The notes below the pieces were generated by a model, which saw only the letters and a program-made list of their open reading frames with translations, made no database searches and had not been told where the DNA came from. Positions 23,208 to 32,510 of a stretch of DNA of 64,000 nt are shown piece after piece. How positions within the stretch are numbered: position 1 is the stretch's first letter; each line of letters starts with the position of its first letter. The DNA comes from a virus, in the IMG/VR virus record IMGVR_UViG_3300021197_001653, positions 40,435 through 104,434 of that record. One strand, written 5' to 3'. A program made the position numbers and the translations under genes.

Positions 23208-24113
23208 TTACAATTCTCCCTGTGTGCGATTTTTTTCTTTTCTAACATGTGTTTTATACAATGTATAAAAATTTCCTGTATAATATTGTTTAATATTTTT
23301 ATAATTCTCAATCATGAATTTACAGAATAATGGATGTTTATTATAGTTACTAACTAAATTCATAAACGCATTCATAAAGAACATTTTTACTTTATATTTA
23401 TCAAGTTTTATATGGTCTGGATGACCTATAATATATTTTGTTAATGTATCTATATATAATCTATCTGTAACAGCTCTTAACTTATCTACAAAATCTAGTT
23501 GTAAAAAATTATCATCAATTATATTATAAAAAGTTATCTCCCATACATAATTATATTCTGAGTTATCACCACTTTTAATAATATTCATTAATTGATAATG
23601 ACTTTTAATATATCCCCAATTTGGTACAGGGCTTTTATATTTTATGTCACCAAGTTCTAATTTCCATTTAACTAAATTTTTAGATACTATAGCTAAATCT
23701 TCTTCAATACCATCTTTTCTATCAATAAGTTCATTTGTACAATGTTTTCTTAATATATTGTAACCTTTTACATCATGACACCATTTAACCATGTTAATAT
23801 GGTTATAAACAATTGGTATTCTTTGTATTGCAAATTGTAATCTTGATGGTATATGTTTAAACGTTTTATTATTACTTGCAGTATATAATAATAAATCATG
23901 TAATGTGTCTTGTGCTGAAGCATTGTGAATTACTACCTCTTTAGTTCCTTTATAAAATCTAGATGATATATCACTTAATGGTTTCCCATAACCACGTAAG
24001 CCTAAATATGTTTTAATATAAGGTATATCACTGTGATTAGCTATTATTTCTAGCCTTTTTACAGGAAAATTAGGATCAATATTATTTATTACTGCGTCTC
24101 CTATTATTAACAT
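23208..24113 (-). CDS. Hypothetical protein, possibly degenerate nucleotidyltransferase-fold
   Basis: 301 aa. N-terminus MLIIGDAVI..P.FP resembles the phage 'MLLIGS.A....P...D.D' family but lacks GS and DxD. Confidence 0.35.
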   Translation of the reverse strand: MLIIGDAVINNIDPNFPVKRLEIIANHSDIPYIKTYLGLRGYGKPLSDISSRFYKGTKEVVIHNASAQDTLHDLLLYTASNNKTFKHIPSRLQFAIQRIPIVYNHINMVKWCHDVKGYNILRKHCTNELIDRKDGIEEDLAIVSKNLVKWKLELGDIKYKSPVPNWGYIKSHYQLMNIIKSGDNSEYNYVWEITFYNIIDDNFLQLDFVDKLRAVTDRLYIDTLTKYIIGHPDHIKLDKYKVKMFFMNAFMNLVSNYNKHPLFCKFMIENYKNIKQYYTGNFYTLYKTHVRKEKNRTQGEL

Positions 24114-24379
24114 TTTTTTTCAATTTGTTTAAGTTTTTTATATATTTCTTTTTTAATTTGTTTTTTAGAATAAATACTTTTTAAGTATAACATTCTAATT
24201 TCTACATGAGCTATCTCTTGTTCAACTTTAGTTGATAAATCTTTAGTAGGTTTATTCATCTGTTGTGTTAAAATAAGGGCTAACTCTTGAAGTTCCTCAA
24301 TTGTTTTTGACATATTAAATTCTTTTGAATTTTTATCAAAAATACTCTCTGTTCTTTCTAACAAGTTTTTTCCAAACAT
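24107..24379 (-). CDS. MazG-like NTP pyrophosphohydrolase
   Basis: KTIEELQEL...EQEIAHV helical ExxE...ExxD/H pattern. Confidence 0.6.
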   Translation of the reverse strand: MFGKNLLERTESIFDKNSKEFNMSKTIEELQELALILTQQMNKPTKDLSTKVEQEIAHVEIRMLYLKSIYSKKQIKKEIYKKLKQIEKKC

Positions 24380-25557
24380 TCGTCAATATTTTTATAATAT
24401 ATAATTTCTCCTATCATTTGATAATATGATATCATAGCATCAAACCATATTTTTTCTTGTGTATCTTCAGTTACTATAATATATACATGACCTACTTTAT
24501 TATTATCTCTAAGTCTACCAATTCTTTGTAATAAATCTTCACTATTACTATAATAAGACATTACTATACAATTATCTAAATTATTTAAATTAGCACCTTG
24601 TTTTAATTTCTTAAAACTACCTATCGTATCAATTAATCCACTATTAAACTTATTTTTAATATATTCATTTTGTGATTCAGTATTAATATGAGATACTACA
24701 TTTGGAGTAACATTTAATAATGATTGTATAGAATTACTAAATATAATAGATTTAGTATCTAATTTATACAATAATTTACTAACTATATCAATTTTAGATG
24801 GTAAATCATATAATAATCTAGCCCTTTCATTTCTAGATTTATTAAATTCCCTTAATCTATCTGGTTCTGTTGGAGCAAAAAAACTTTTATTATATCTATC
24901 TTGCCAATATTGATAAGACCTAGCTTCTGTAATTGAAAAATTTCTATTACCTTTTTTAACATCAATTGTTTTAGTAGTTGTATCTAATTTATGCCTTATA
25001 ACATGTATTTTTAAATCTCTAGTTGTTTCATCCTTTAAAGAATCTTTTAAAGTATAATTAAAACAAATTGGTGCTATTCTTTTTAATAAACCACCTTTTG
25101 TTACTACTTTATCACCTATTATATAACTAGTTGATTGTTTAACCTTGGCAGTTAAACCAATTATAGCTTTATATTTATTATTAAAGAAAAACTGAGAATA
25201 ACTAGGTGTTAAACCATCTGGTATTTCATCACATATAACTAAACCTAACTCTCTATTATGAATTTTATAAGCTTTTTGATAACAAGCAAATTGTAAATTA
25301 TAGTCTTTTAACACATCTCTTTTAAATATTAGATTATATTTAGCTATTTCTCTTAATAAATCTTCTTTTCTATCTTTTACTTCAGCTAAGAATAAATGAG
25401 TGATAGATTTATCAAATGGCATTGTATATAACGCATGTAATGCAATAAATGTTTTACCTAACCCTGTTACTATTTGACATGTGCCTTTTTTTCCAGCTTT
25501 TAACCAACACGCTAGAGCTTTTCTTTGAACTTTTTCTTTTTTGTGTATACTTTTCAT
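24358..25557 (-). CDS. Superfamily 2 DNA helicase (UvsW/Res-like)
   Basis: Walker A TGLGKT, Walker B ICDEIP, motif III GLTA, motif VI QRIGRLR. Confidence 0.85.
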   Translation of the reverse strand: MKSIHKKEKVQRKALACWLKAGKKGTCQIVTGLGKTFIALHALYTMPFDKSITHLFLAEVKDRKEDLLREIAKYNLIFKRDVLKDYNLQFACYQKAYKIHNRELGLVICDEIPDGLTPSYSQFFFNNKYKAIIGLTAKVKQSTSYIIGDKVVTKGGLLKRIAPICFNYTLKDSLKDETTRDLKIHVIRHKLDTTTKTIDVKKGNRNFSITEARSYQYWQDRYNKSFFAPTEPDRLREFNKSRNERARLLYDLPSKIDIVSKLLYKLDTKSIIFSNSIQSLLNVTPNVVSHINTESQNEYIKNKFNSGLIDTIGSFKKLKQGANLNNLDNCIVMSYYSNSEDLLQRIGRLRDNNKVGHVYIIVTEDTQEKIWFDAMISYYQMIGEIIYYKNIDECLEKTC

Positions 25558-25645
25558 AATTAATGTATAATAATGGTATTGCTATACCTATTAATATGTA
25601 TATGCAAGGTATGATTAATATTAGTATTTCTTTTATAATATTCAT
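25454..25645 (-). CDS. Small membrane protein (uncertain; overlaps helicase 5' end)
   Basis: Hydrophobic N-terminal helix. Fills the gap after the 25.66-kb hairpin. Confidence 0.35.
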   Translation of the reverse strand: MNIIKEILILIIPCIYILIGIAIPLLYINYEKYTQKRKSSKKSSSVLVKSWKKRHMSNSNRVR

Positions 25646-25661
25646 AATAATTCTTTTTTTA

Positions 25662-25695
25662 ATAATAAGGGGTAAATAAAAATACCCCTTATTAT
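25662..25695 (-). terminator. Intergenic hairpin downstream of nrdA
   Basis: ATAATAAGGGGTA / TACCCCTTATTAT 13-bp inverted repeat with a weak U-tract. Confidence 0.45.
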
Positions 25696-25712
25696 ATCAT
25701 AAAATAAAATTT

Positions 25713-27350
25713 TTAAGCTTCACAGCTTACACACTCATTAATTTCTCTAGCAAAAGATTGTGCGGAACTTTGACTAAATTGATAATAGAGTGTTTTAATA
25801 CCTTCTTCCCAAGCATAAAGATATAATTTGTTTATTTCTTTAGCTGATACAGAAGGATGTATCATTAAATTTAAGGATTGAGACTGATCAATGTATTTTT
25901 GTCTCTGTGCTCCTTGAAGTATAAGCTCTTTCGGGCTAATCTCTATAAAAGATTTAAATACTTCTTTGGTAGGAAAATCCAAGTGTTGAACTGAACCATC
26001 ATTTTTAAGTATAGTTTCCCATACTTTTGGTGTATTTAAGTCATACTTTTCTAGTTCTTCAACTAACTTTGTATTTCTATATACTGTCTTAATTTTTGCT
26101 AAATCCTTAACAAAATAATTAGACTTAATTGGTTCAATACCCATAGATACTTGACCTAGTATAAATGAGCTTGATTTAGTTGGAGCTACTGCTATTAAAG
26201 TTGTGTTTGCAAAACCTTCACGGATTGACTTATAACCTAAATATTCAGTACACCATTTAGATGTATTATCAGTTTTTTCTTTCAATGTTGAAAACACATC
26301 ATGATTAAACTGTTTAGCTGCTAAATCTTCAAAACCTATAAGGTTTTCCTGTAAATAAGAATGATATCCTAAGACACCTATACCTATTGCTCTATGATTC
26401 TTAGCGAATCTCCAAGCTCTTTTCATCCCTGGCATATGTTCAGATTTTTTAATAAAATCTTCAATAACCGCGTTTAAAAATAAAGTATATGTTTCTATAG
26501 CATCGCATTTCTTAATATTCTCCCAATGCAATAAATTTAATGAACCTAGACAGCACACGAACGAATTGTAACTATCAGTAGGTAATTGTATTTCACTGCA
26601 AAGATTACTCGCAGTAATATCTAACCCTAATTCCTTATAAGGGGAATTATTATTAGAATTATCTTTAAACATGATATAAGGGAATCCAAATTCACTACGT
26701 CTTTGAATAACCTTAGCCCATATTTTTCTTTTATTTTTATCACCATTTTTCATGGATTGCATCCATTCATCTGTGACTGTTACACCATATTGTAAATTTT
26801 GAATAGGGTTACCTTCTGTACCTATATCTAAAAAGTCTAGTATGTCAGCATGTTCAACTGGTAAATATACAGCACAAGCTCCTCTACGGGCTTCTGCTTG
26901 TTTACACACGTCAATTATACTATCATATATTTTAGCATAGTGGATTGGGCCATCAGCTTTACCACCTATAGATATTGAAGACCCCCTTGGTCTAATATTA
27001 CCTAAATACATAGATGTACCACCACCATATTTAGACATCATTCCTATTTCTCTACCAGCGTTTAATATACTATCCATTGTATCATCTACATTAGAACCAT
27101 AACAACTAATTGGTAAAGCTTTTTCATATCCAAAATTACACCAAACTGGTGTTGATAATGAGTAATATCCTTTGGACATATAATATTCAAATTTTTCAGC
27201 AAAACCCTTTATATTTAAAATCCTTTCAGCATATACTGCTATATCTTTAATTCTTTGTTCTGGAGAGATACCACCTTTTAGGTAACCTCTAGATAAGAAT
27301 TTTCTACTTTCATCATTTAACCAATAATATTTTTTATATTCTTTCTTCAT
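25713..27350 (-). CDS. nrdA: Ribonucleotide reductase alpha subunit (class I, no ATP cone)
   Basis: ISC, GGG, SNLCSEI (thiyl Cys), APTKSSS, DQSQS, KTLYY, C-terminal CxxC. Probable ATG at 27350. Confidence 0.95.
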   Translation of the reverse strand: MKKEYKKYYWLNDESRKFLSRGYLKGGISPEQRIKDIAVYAERILNIKGFAEKFEYYMSKGYYSLSTPVWCNFGYEKALPISCYGSNVDDTMDSILNAGREIGMMSKYGGGTSMYLGNIRPRGSSISIGGKADGPIHYAKIYDSIIDVCKQAEARRGACAVYLPVEHADILDFLDIGTEGNPIQNLQYGVTVTDEWMQSMKNGDKNKRKIWAKVIQRRSEFGFPYIMFKDNSNNNSPYKELGLDITASNLCSEIQLPTDSYNSFVCCLGSLNLLHWENIKKCDAIETYTLFLNAVIEDFIKKSEHMPGMKRAWRFAKNHRAIGIGVLGYHSYLQENLIGFEDLAAKQFNHDVFSTLKEKTDNTSKWCTEYLGYKSIREGFANTTLIAVAPTKSSSFILGQVSMGIEPIKSNYFVKDLAKIKTVYRNTKLVEELEKYDLNTPKVWETILKNDGSVQHLDFPTKEVFKSFIEISPKELILQGAQRQKYIDQSQSLNLMIHPSVSAKEINKLYLYAWEEGIKTLYYQFSQSSAQSFAREINECVSCEA

Positions 27351-27444
27351 TAATCTCTCTACATTTATCAATTATATCTTCTTTTAATTCATCTGTCAAT
27401 GTTTGTAAAGGAAGATTAATAATCCATTCTTCAAAATTTTCCAT
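27334..27444 (-). CDS. Small acidic hypothetical protein (36 aa) between nrdB and nrdA
   Basis: Hand translation MENFEEWIINLPLQTLTDELKEDIIDKCREINEERI. Starts right after the nrdB stop. Confidence 0.45.
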   Translation of the reverse strand: MENFEEWIINLPLQTLTDELKEDIIDKCREINEERI

Positions 27445-27445
27445 A

Positions 27446-28420
27446 TTAAAATAAGTCATCTTCTGTTATACTTTTAGATTTCTTATTATAATCAATAGAT
27501 TTTTTATAAAAGAAATCCCCTTCTTTTGTTGATTTAATTTCTACATCAAACCATAGTGTAGGTTCAAGTAGTTCTACATTTATTTCAAAAATTGGTTTCA
27601 TTCCAATCTTAGCCAAAGAATTATTAAATCTATTTTTAATAAATTCTTTAATAACATCTTTTGATAAGAATTCTAATTCACCTTTTTCAAATATCCAGTC
27701 TAAGATACCACATTCTGCAATATATGCTTTATTACATGCTGAATAAACTAACTTATCAAAATCATCATCAAACCATTCAGGGTTTTCTTTTTTAATAATA
27801 TTAATTATTTCTGCACCAAAATTACCATGGATATCTTCTTCTTTTGAAGTAGCTTCAACAACGTTACTAATACCTTTAAATAAATTTTTTTCTTTATTAA
27901 AAGACATCATTATTAGAAATTGACTAAATAAAGAAACATGTTCTATAAATAAACTAAATAATAATACACTTTTAGTGTACATTTTATCTGATTTACTTCT
28001 AGTACCGTCTAAATATTTGGCTAAATACTTAATCCTACCTTGAATAGCAGGTTCATTTATTACATCTTTAAATTTATCTTCTAAACCTAATATACGTAAT
28101 AGACGAGCATAAGCATCTTTATGTCTTACTTCTGATTCAGCAAATGTCATTCCAACATCGCCAATCTCAGTAATAGGCATTCTTTTATACATATCTGCCC
28201 AAAATGTTTTAACGTTAACTTCTATCTGTGCGATAGCTAGCATAGATTTTTCTATAGCTGATCTTTCAACGTCATTAATATTAACTTTAAAGTCATTTAT
28301 ATCAGATGTGAAATTAAATTCATCATCTATCCAATATGAATGTCTGATTGCATCTTTATATTTTAGCAAATCAGGATATTCATATGGTAATATATTAACT
28401 CTCTTTTTAAATATACTCAT
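27446..28420 (-). CDS. nrdB: Ribonucleotide reductase beta subunit (class Id / NrdBi-like)
   Basis: Ferritin-like ligands QIEVNVK, ESEVRH...Y, IEHVSLFSQF, KEEDIH. C-terminal DFF...DDLF. Confidence 0.93.
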   Translation of the reverse strand: MSIFKKRVNILPYEYPDLLKYKDAIRHSYWIDDEFNFTSDINDFKVNINDVERSAIEKSMLAIAQIEVNVKTFWADMYKRMPITEIGDVGMTFAESEVRHKDAYARLLRILGLEDKFKDVINEPAIQGRIKYLAKYLDGTRSKSDKMYTKSVLLFSLFIEHVSLFSQFLIMMSFNKEKNLFKGISNVVEATSKEEDIHGNFGAEIINIIKKENPEWFDDDFDKLVYSACNKAYIAECGILDWIFEKGELEFLSKDVIKEFIKNRFNNSLAKIGMKPIFEINVELLEPTLWFDVEIKSTKEGDFFYKKSIDYNKKSKSITEDDLF

Positions 28421-28469
28421 TCTTATTTTTGTTTTTACAAAAACAATTTCTTACCTCTTTTCAGAAATT

Positions 28470-28940
28470 TTATTTTCCTGTACTTCCAAAACCACCATCA
28501 TCTCTAATACTGGGTCTTAAAGTTTCAACTTCTTCCCAATAAGCATTTTGTGTTTTCTCAAAAAATATTTGGGCAACTCTATCCCCCTCTTTATAAGGGA
28601 AAGGGGATAATATTAATTCACTATTTACTTCCTCCTCTATATAAGAGACTACATCTCTAGGGATAGCTTCAAATTTAATCATCCATTCCCCTCTGTAATC
28701 AGAGTCTATTTGCCCTGGGCTATTTTGCATAACCCATCCTTTTTGTGTAAAACTGCTTCTTGGTACTATAACACCTTTATAACCAATAGGAATCTCTGTA
28801 GAGAACCCTAATTTTATAGTAGCTAAATTATCTTTAACAATAACTTCTCTAGCAACAACGTCATAACAAGCTGCTTGTTTTGTACTTTTTTTTGGTAATA
28901 CAGAATTAAGATCTAATTTCTTTATCTTTATCTTTATCAT
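28470..28940 (-). CDS. dut: Trimeric dUTPase
   Basis: ACYD, PRSS, GQIDSDYRGE, GDRVAQ, RDDGGFGSTG. Probable start ATG at 28940. Confidence 0.95.
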   Translation of the reverse strand: MIKIKIKKLDLNSVLPKKSTKQAACYDVVAREVIVKDNLATIKLGFSTEIPIGYKGVIVPRSSFTQKGWVMQNSPGQIDSDYRGEWMIKFEAIPRDVVSYIEEEVNSELILSPFPYKEGDRVAQIFFEKTQNAYWEEVETLRPSIRDDGGFGSTGK

Positions 28941-29496
28941 CTTTTGTGTATATATATTTTGATATATTAAAAGTTTCATTTTCTTCTTTCATAATGTCTG
29001 TTAATTCAGCATCATTAGATATAGAAACTTTTAAATCTTTTTCTATTTTTCTTTTTAATTTTTCATCTTTAAATAAAATTTGTTTAACTTCCAATAGAAA
29101 ATTTATTGCATTTGGATTATACTTATATATATTAGAATAAAAATCTAATATTAATTCTTTACCATCTTTTTTATATTTTGAATATTTACCAAGTTTAAAT
29201 TGGTTATATTCATGCATATATTCTTCTGGGAATTTAAAAATATAAAGGACTTGGTCATTCATATCTATTAAATCAACAAAATATTCATTATTGGTAATTT
29301 CATGTTCATATTTAGTGTATTCAGGAGTCTTAAATGAAAAATCATGTTGTATCATTATACAATCTTTGTATTTTCCTAAATCGTCAAATATGTAAGTATT
29401 AACTAAATTCTTGTAAAATTTCTTTTGGAAACCAACTAATTCTGATAATAACGGTAATAAATATGTTTTAGATTTATTATATCTAACTTTTCCCAT
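28906..29496 (-). CDS. Conserved crAss-like hypothetical protein
   Basis: 196 aa. TYLLPLL and F..GKYSK motifs, syntenic downstream of the PD-(D/E)XK nuclease. Confidence 0.55.
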   Translation of the reverse strand: MGKVRYNKSKTYLLPLLSELVGFQKKFYKNLVNTYIFDDLGKYKDCIMIQHDFSFKTPEYTKYEHEITNNEYFVDLIDMNDQVLYIFKFPEEYMHEYNQFKLGKYSKYKKDGKELILDFYSNIYKYNPNAINFLLEVKQILFKDEKLKRKIEKDLKVSISNDAELTDIMKEENETFNISKYIYTKDDKDKDKEIRS

Positions 29497-29499
29497 TTA

Positions 29500-30510
29500 T
29501 TACTTATCTATCTTGATGTACTCATCATACATATTAATAACACCATCACTTTCATAAATATTTTTTTTCATATTAAATATTTTATTATCGTAATGCCATT
29601 TAATTTCTTCAATTAATGTATCTAAACCTTTATAAGAGTATCCAAAATTTGTTGTAAAACCTTTTAAAGCAGCTTTATGCCACTTATCACTAATAATAAA
29701 TACACATGGTATTCTTTCATAGCGTGATATATATAAAAATTTAAATGGTAGTAATTTATAACCTTTTAATTTAAACTTTTTTTTAATATGATTAAATGCT
29801 TTTTGATATATTGCTTCTTGCAAATAATATCTCCATTTTAAATAACTTGTTGTAAATTCTGAAATATCACCTTGTCCGGTTTTTAAATCAATAATTTGTA
29901 CAGTTTTGTTATCATGATCTATTAATAGTTTATCAATTATACCTCTAAATTTCATATTATTATATGTTAAGGTAAATTTATATTGGTTATGATTCTCTAA
30001 ATCATTAATTAAAATATGTTTTGAGTGTTTATGTGTTAACAGTATATCTGCTAGTTCATTCCCTTTAGCTAATTCTTCTGTAGTTAATAAAATTTTTGTT
30101 TTAGATTTATACTGAGCTTTAATATAATTTATAAACTCTTTATTTTCTATATAACCTATCAAGGTTTCTTCTTTAGCTCTTTTCCAGAAATTATTAGCTT
30201 CAATTATGTTTAAAATTTGTTTTTTACTAGGTATTTTATTATAGTTCTCAAGTAACAAATCGGCTAACTTTCCTAAAGTTGCGGTTGGTTTCTTACCATC
30301 AAATACAAAATACTTAGTTTTAAAAGCTGACTTATCCAATAATAAATCATCTACTAATGCGCCCATAAAAACAGCATTAGATTTAACTTTTGTTTTGTGT
30401 ATTAATGCTCTAGGTCCATTTCTGTCGTAATCAGAAGCTCTACTATAACTTAATACTAATTCATCTACTTCATTTGAGCTTGTATAAAGCTCGTCCAATT
30501 CTTTATTCAT
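29500..30510 (-). CDS. PD-(D/E)XK exonuclease (RecE/ExoVIII-like)
   Basis: LSYS, RGIIDKL...IIDLKT, YYLQEAIY. Confidence 0.85.
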   Translation of the reverse strand: MNKELDELYTSSNEVDELVLSYSRASDYDRNGPRALIHKTKVKSNAVFMGALVDDLLLDKSAFKTKYFVFDGKKPTATLGKLADLLLENYNKIPSKKQILNIIEANNFWKRAKEETLIGYIENKEFINYIKAQYKSKTKILLTTEELAKGNELADILLTHKHSKHILINDLENHNQYKFTLTYNNMKFRGIIDKLLIDHDNKTVQIIDLKTGQGDISEFTTSYLKWRYYLQEAIYQKAFNHIKKKFKLKGYKLLPFKFLYISRYERIPCVFIISDKWHKAALKGFTTNFGYSYKGLDTLIEEIKWHYDNKIFNMKKNIYESDGVINMYDEYIKIDK

Positions 30511-30521
30511 ATATTGTTGTT

Positions 30522-30782
30522 TTATACAGCAGTTAATTTTGCAATGTATAAATCTGTAAAAATATCTTCTAATTTATTAGAACATTTTAATTGTGTTTCA
30601 ATTACAGAATCATTAGATGTAAAATTCTCTATTGCATTATAATAATCTACTTTTTCAGAACATTTAATTCTTAGTAAATTATATTCATGTTTCTGGGTTA
30701 ATAAAACCACTTGTTTATATTCCATATCGTTAAATACAGTCATTGATAAATTTAATATTTCTTGATATAATTCTTTATTCAT
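30522..30782 (-). CDS. Hypothetical protein
   Basis: 86-aa ORF tightly packed in the operon. Confidence 0.55.
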   Translation of the reverse strand: MNKELYQEILNLSMTVFNDMEYKQVVLLTQKHEYNLLRIKCSEKVDYYNAIENFTSNDSVIETQLKCSNKLEDIFTDLYIAKLTAV

Positions 30783-30784
30783 AT

Positions 30785-31252
30785 TTAAAATAATTTTATA
30801 TAGACACCTGGATTATCTTTATCTACAGAGTAAAAAGGTTTTTCCCTTATATTTTCTGCAGTTGGTAATTCACCATCTATTGTCATGGGTACAGGAAATA
30901 CATATTTAACATTATCATCTTCAATAAAATCATGTGCTGTAAATAAATCTTGTATAATTTCAACACTATTACTAAAATCAAATAATCTTTTACTATTTCT
31001 TACCTGATGATATCCTATAAATATAGGATCACCCTTATCTTTTTTCATTTCCATAAAAGAATTTCTCAATTCTTCTATTTGATTAGGTCTGCTTTTATCT
31101 ACATAACCTTTTATAATTTTTTTACCAGAATTAAAATGTTGTATACCTTTACTTCTAATATATTTAGACACAGTAGGGGAATGAAATATCCCCCTTCCGG
31201 TCTTAATTTTAGAATTTTTTAAACTTGGCACATTTCCTGATATGAAAATCAT
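30785..31252 (-). CDS. RusA-like Holliday junction resolvase
   Basis: GNVPSLKNS, FDFSN...IQD....FIEDDN, DKDNPGV. Confidence 0.75.
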   Translation of the reverse strand: MIFISGNVPSLKNSKIKTGRGIFHSPTVSKYIRSKGIQHFNSGKKIIKGYVDKSRPNQIEELRNSFMEMKKDKGDPIFIGYHQVRNSKRLFDFSNSVEIIQDLFTAHDFIEDDNVKYVFPVPMTIDGELPTAENIREKPFYSVDKDNPGVYIKLF

Positions 31253-31282
31253 ACTATTAAAAATTTCTCATAAACTTTGTTT

Positions 31283-31669
31283 TTAAAAACGTGGTTTTGC
31301 ATAATCTGCAAAGTCACCAGATTCAATGACTTTAACGGCATCTTTGTCGCCAAAATAAATCTGAGCTTCAATTTCTTCACCATTATCCAATATTACTGGA
31401 ATAGTTGTTCTTTTATACCATGAACCATCATGATTTTCAGGATCATATCCTTCTAATCTATCTACTCTTGGTAACTGAGATTCAGATACATTATACACTT
31501 CCACGCGTACGTTACTAATTTCTTCATTTTTGGTAACAAAAGGTATACCACTTGCTGTAAGTTTATACTTTTCTTTTGTTAATCCACTACTAATAAGTTT
31601 TGAATCACCTAAAACAGGGTTATTTGAATAACCCTTTCTTAATGTTCCATAAACTGCTATTTTAGCCAT
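31283..31669 (-). CDS. Gamma-glutamylcyclotransferase (AIG2/GGACT-like)
   Basis: VYGTLRKG, EVY, DRLEGY (catalytic Glu), WYKR, SGDF. Confidence 0.9.
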   Translation of the reverse strand: MAKIAVYGTLRKGYSNNPVLGDSKLISSGLTKEKYKLTASGIPFVTKNEEISNVRVEVYNVSESQLPRVDRLEGYDPENHDGSWYKRTTIPVILDNGEEIEAQIYFGDKDAVKVIESGDFADYAKPRF

Positions 31670-31671
31670 AA

Positions 31672-31812
31672 TTATTTATTTTTTATAAAAATTTTCATTG
31701 TTCTATTATTATCCTGTAATTGAATTTCATCAATTTCCATAGACATATTAATATATTGACGACCTTTTTCATCAATTATTTCTATTCTAGTTACTTTTGT
31801 TGTGTTTACCAT
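31672..31812 (-). CDS. Small phage protein (46 aa)
   Basis: Hand translation MVNTTKVTRIEIIDEKGRQYINMSMEIDEIQLQDNNRTMKIFIKNK. Fills the gap and matches a KVTRxExID..GR.Y...QD..RTxKIF pattern seen in phage ORFs. Confidence 0.6.
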   Translation of the reverse strand: MVNTTKVTRIEIIDEKGRQYINMSMEIDEIQLQDNNRTMKIFIKNK

Positions 31813-32510
31813 TTTATACAAAAATCTGAACCATTATTTTCTGTTATTATTTCATTAATTTCTTTAAAATGATTACAATCCCACTTATTTATTTTTTTTA
31901 TATTTTGTGGGTTAGATGCTTCTAATATATAATTAGAATCCTCATTTATAAATTGTTTGAAATATTGAGCTTCTTCACCCCATAAACAATATATTATTCC
32001 GGTTCTATTAGTACTTAATGCTTTTATAATTTCTCTCGTAAAGTTTCTCCAATGTAATAAATTAGAGCCACTTTTATCCTTCTCTACAGTCATTGCTGCA
32101 TATAGAGGTAGTACACCTTGGTTTGTCCAATTTTCTAAAGTAGTATCAATATTTAATCTAAAACCATTATATTGAGTTTCCTCAATCGTTTTTTCTATTT
32201 GATATGTTGCATTTTCAAAACCAACAAATATATTATCCCTTTGTGCAAATGGTATCCCTGTATTAACATTATCATTATAAGGTTCTTTTCCTAATATAAC
32301 CACTCTAACTTTATAAAAATTAACCAATTGAAATGGTTTAAATATAACGTTTTTTTTTTGTGGATATAACATTCTAGATTTATAACTTTCATTAAGGAAT
32401 ACCATTAAATTATGCATATAAGTGGATGTTAATAATATATTTAAATAATGAGTCCATTCTTTAAAAATATCTCTATAATCTATGTCTAATTTATAAATAC
32501 TTTTATTCAT
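31806..32510 (-). CDS. ung: Uracil-DNA glycosylase family 1 homologue (altered catalytic motifs)
   Basis: YP....IF.PF, VRVVILGKEPY, GIPF, LENWTNQGVL, LWGEEAQ, CNHFKEIN...I.W. Confidence 0.8.
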   Translation of the reverse strand: MNKSIYKLDIDYRDIFKEWTHYLNILLTSTYMHNLMVFLNESYKSRMLYPQKKNVIFKPFQLVNFYKVRVVILGKEPYNDNVNTGIPFAQRDNIFVGFENATYQIEKTIEETQYNGFRLNIDTTLENWTNQGVLPLYAAMTVEKDKSGSNLLHWRNFTREIIKALSTNRTGIIYCLWGEEAQYFKQFINEDSNYILEASNPQNIKKINKWDCNHFKEINEIITENNGSDFCIKW

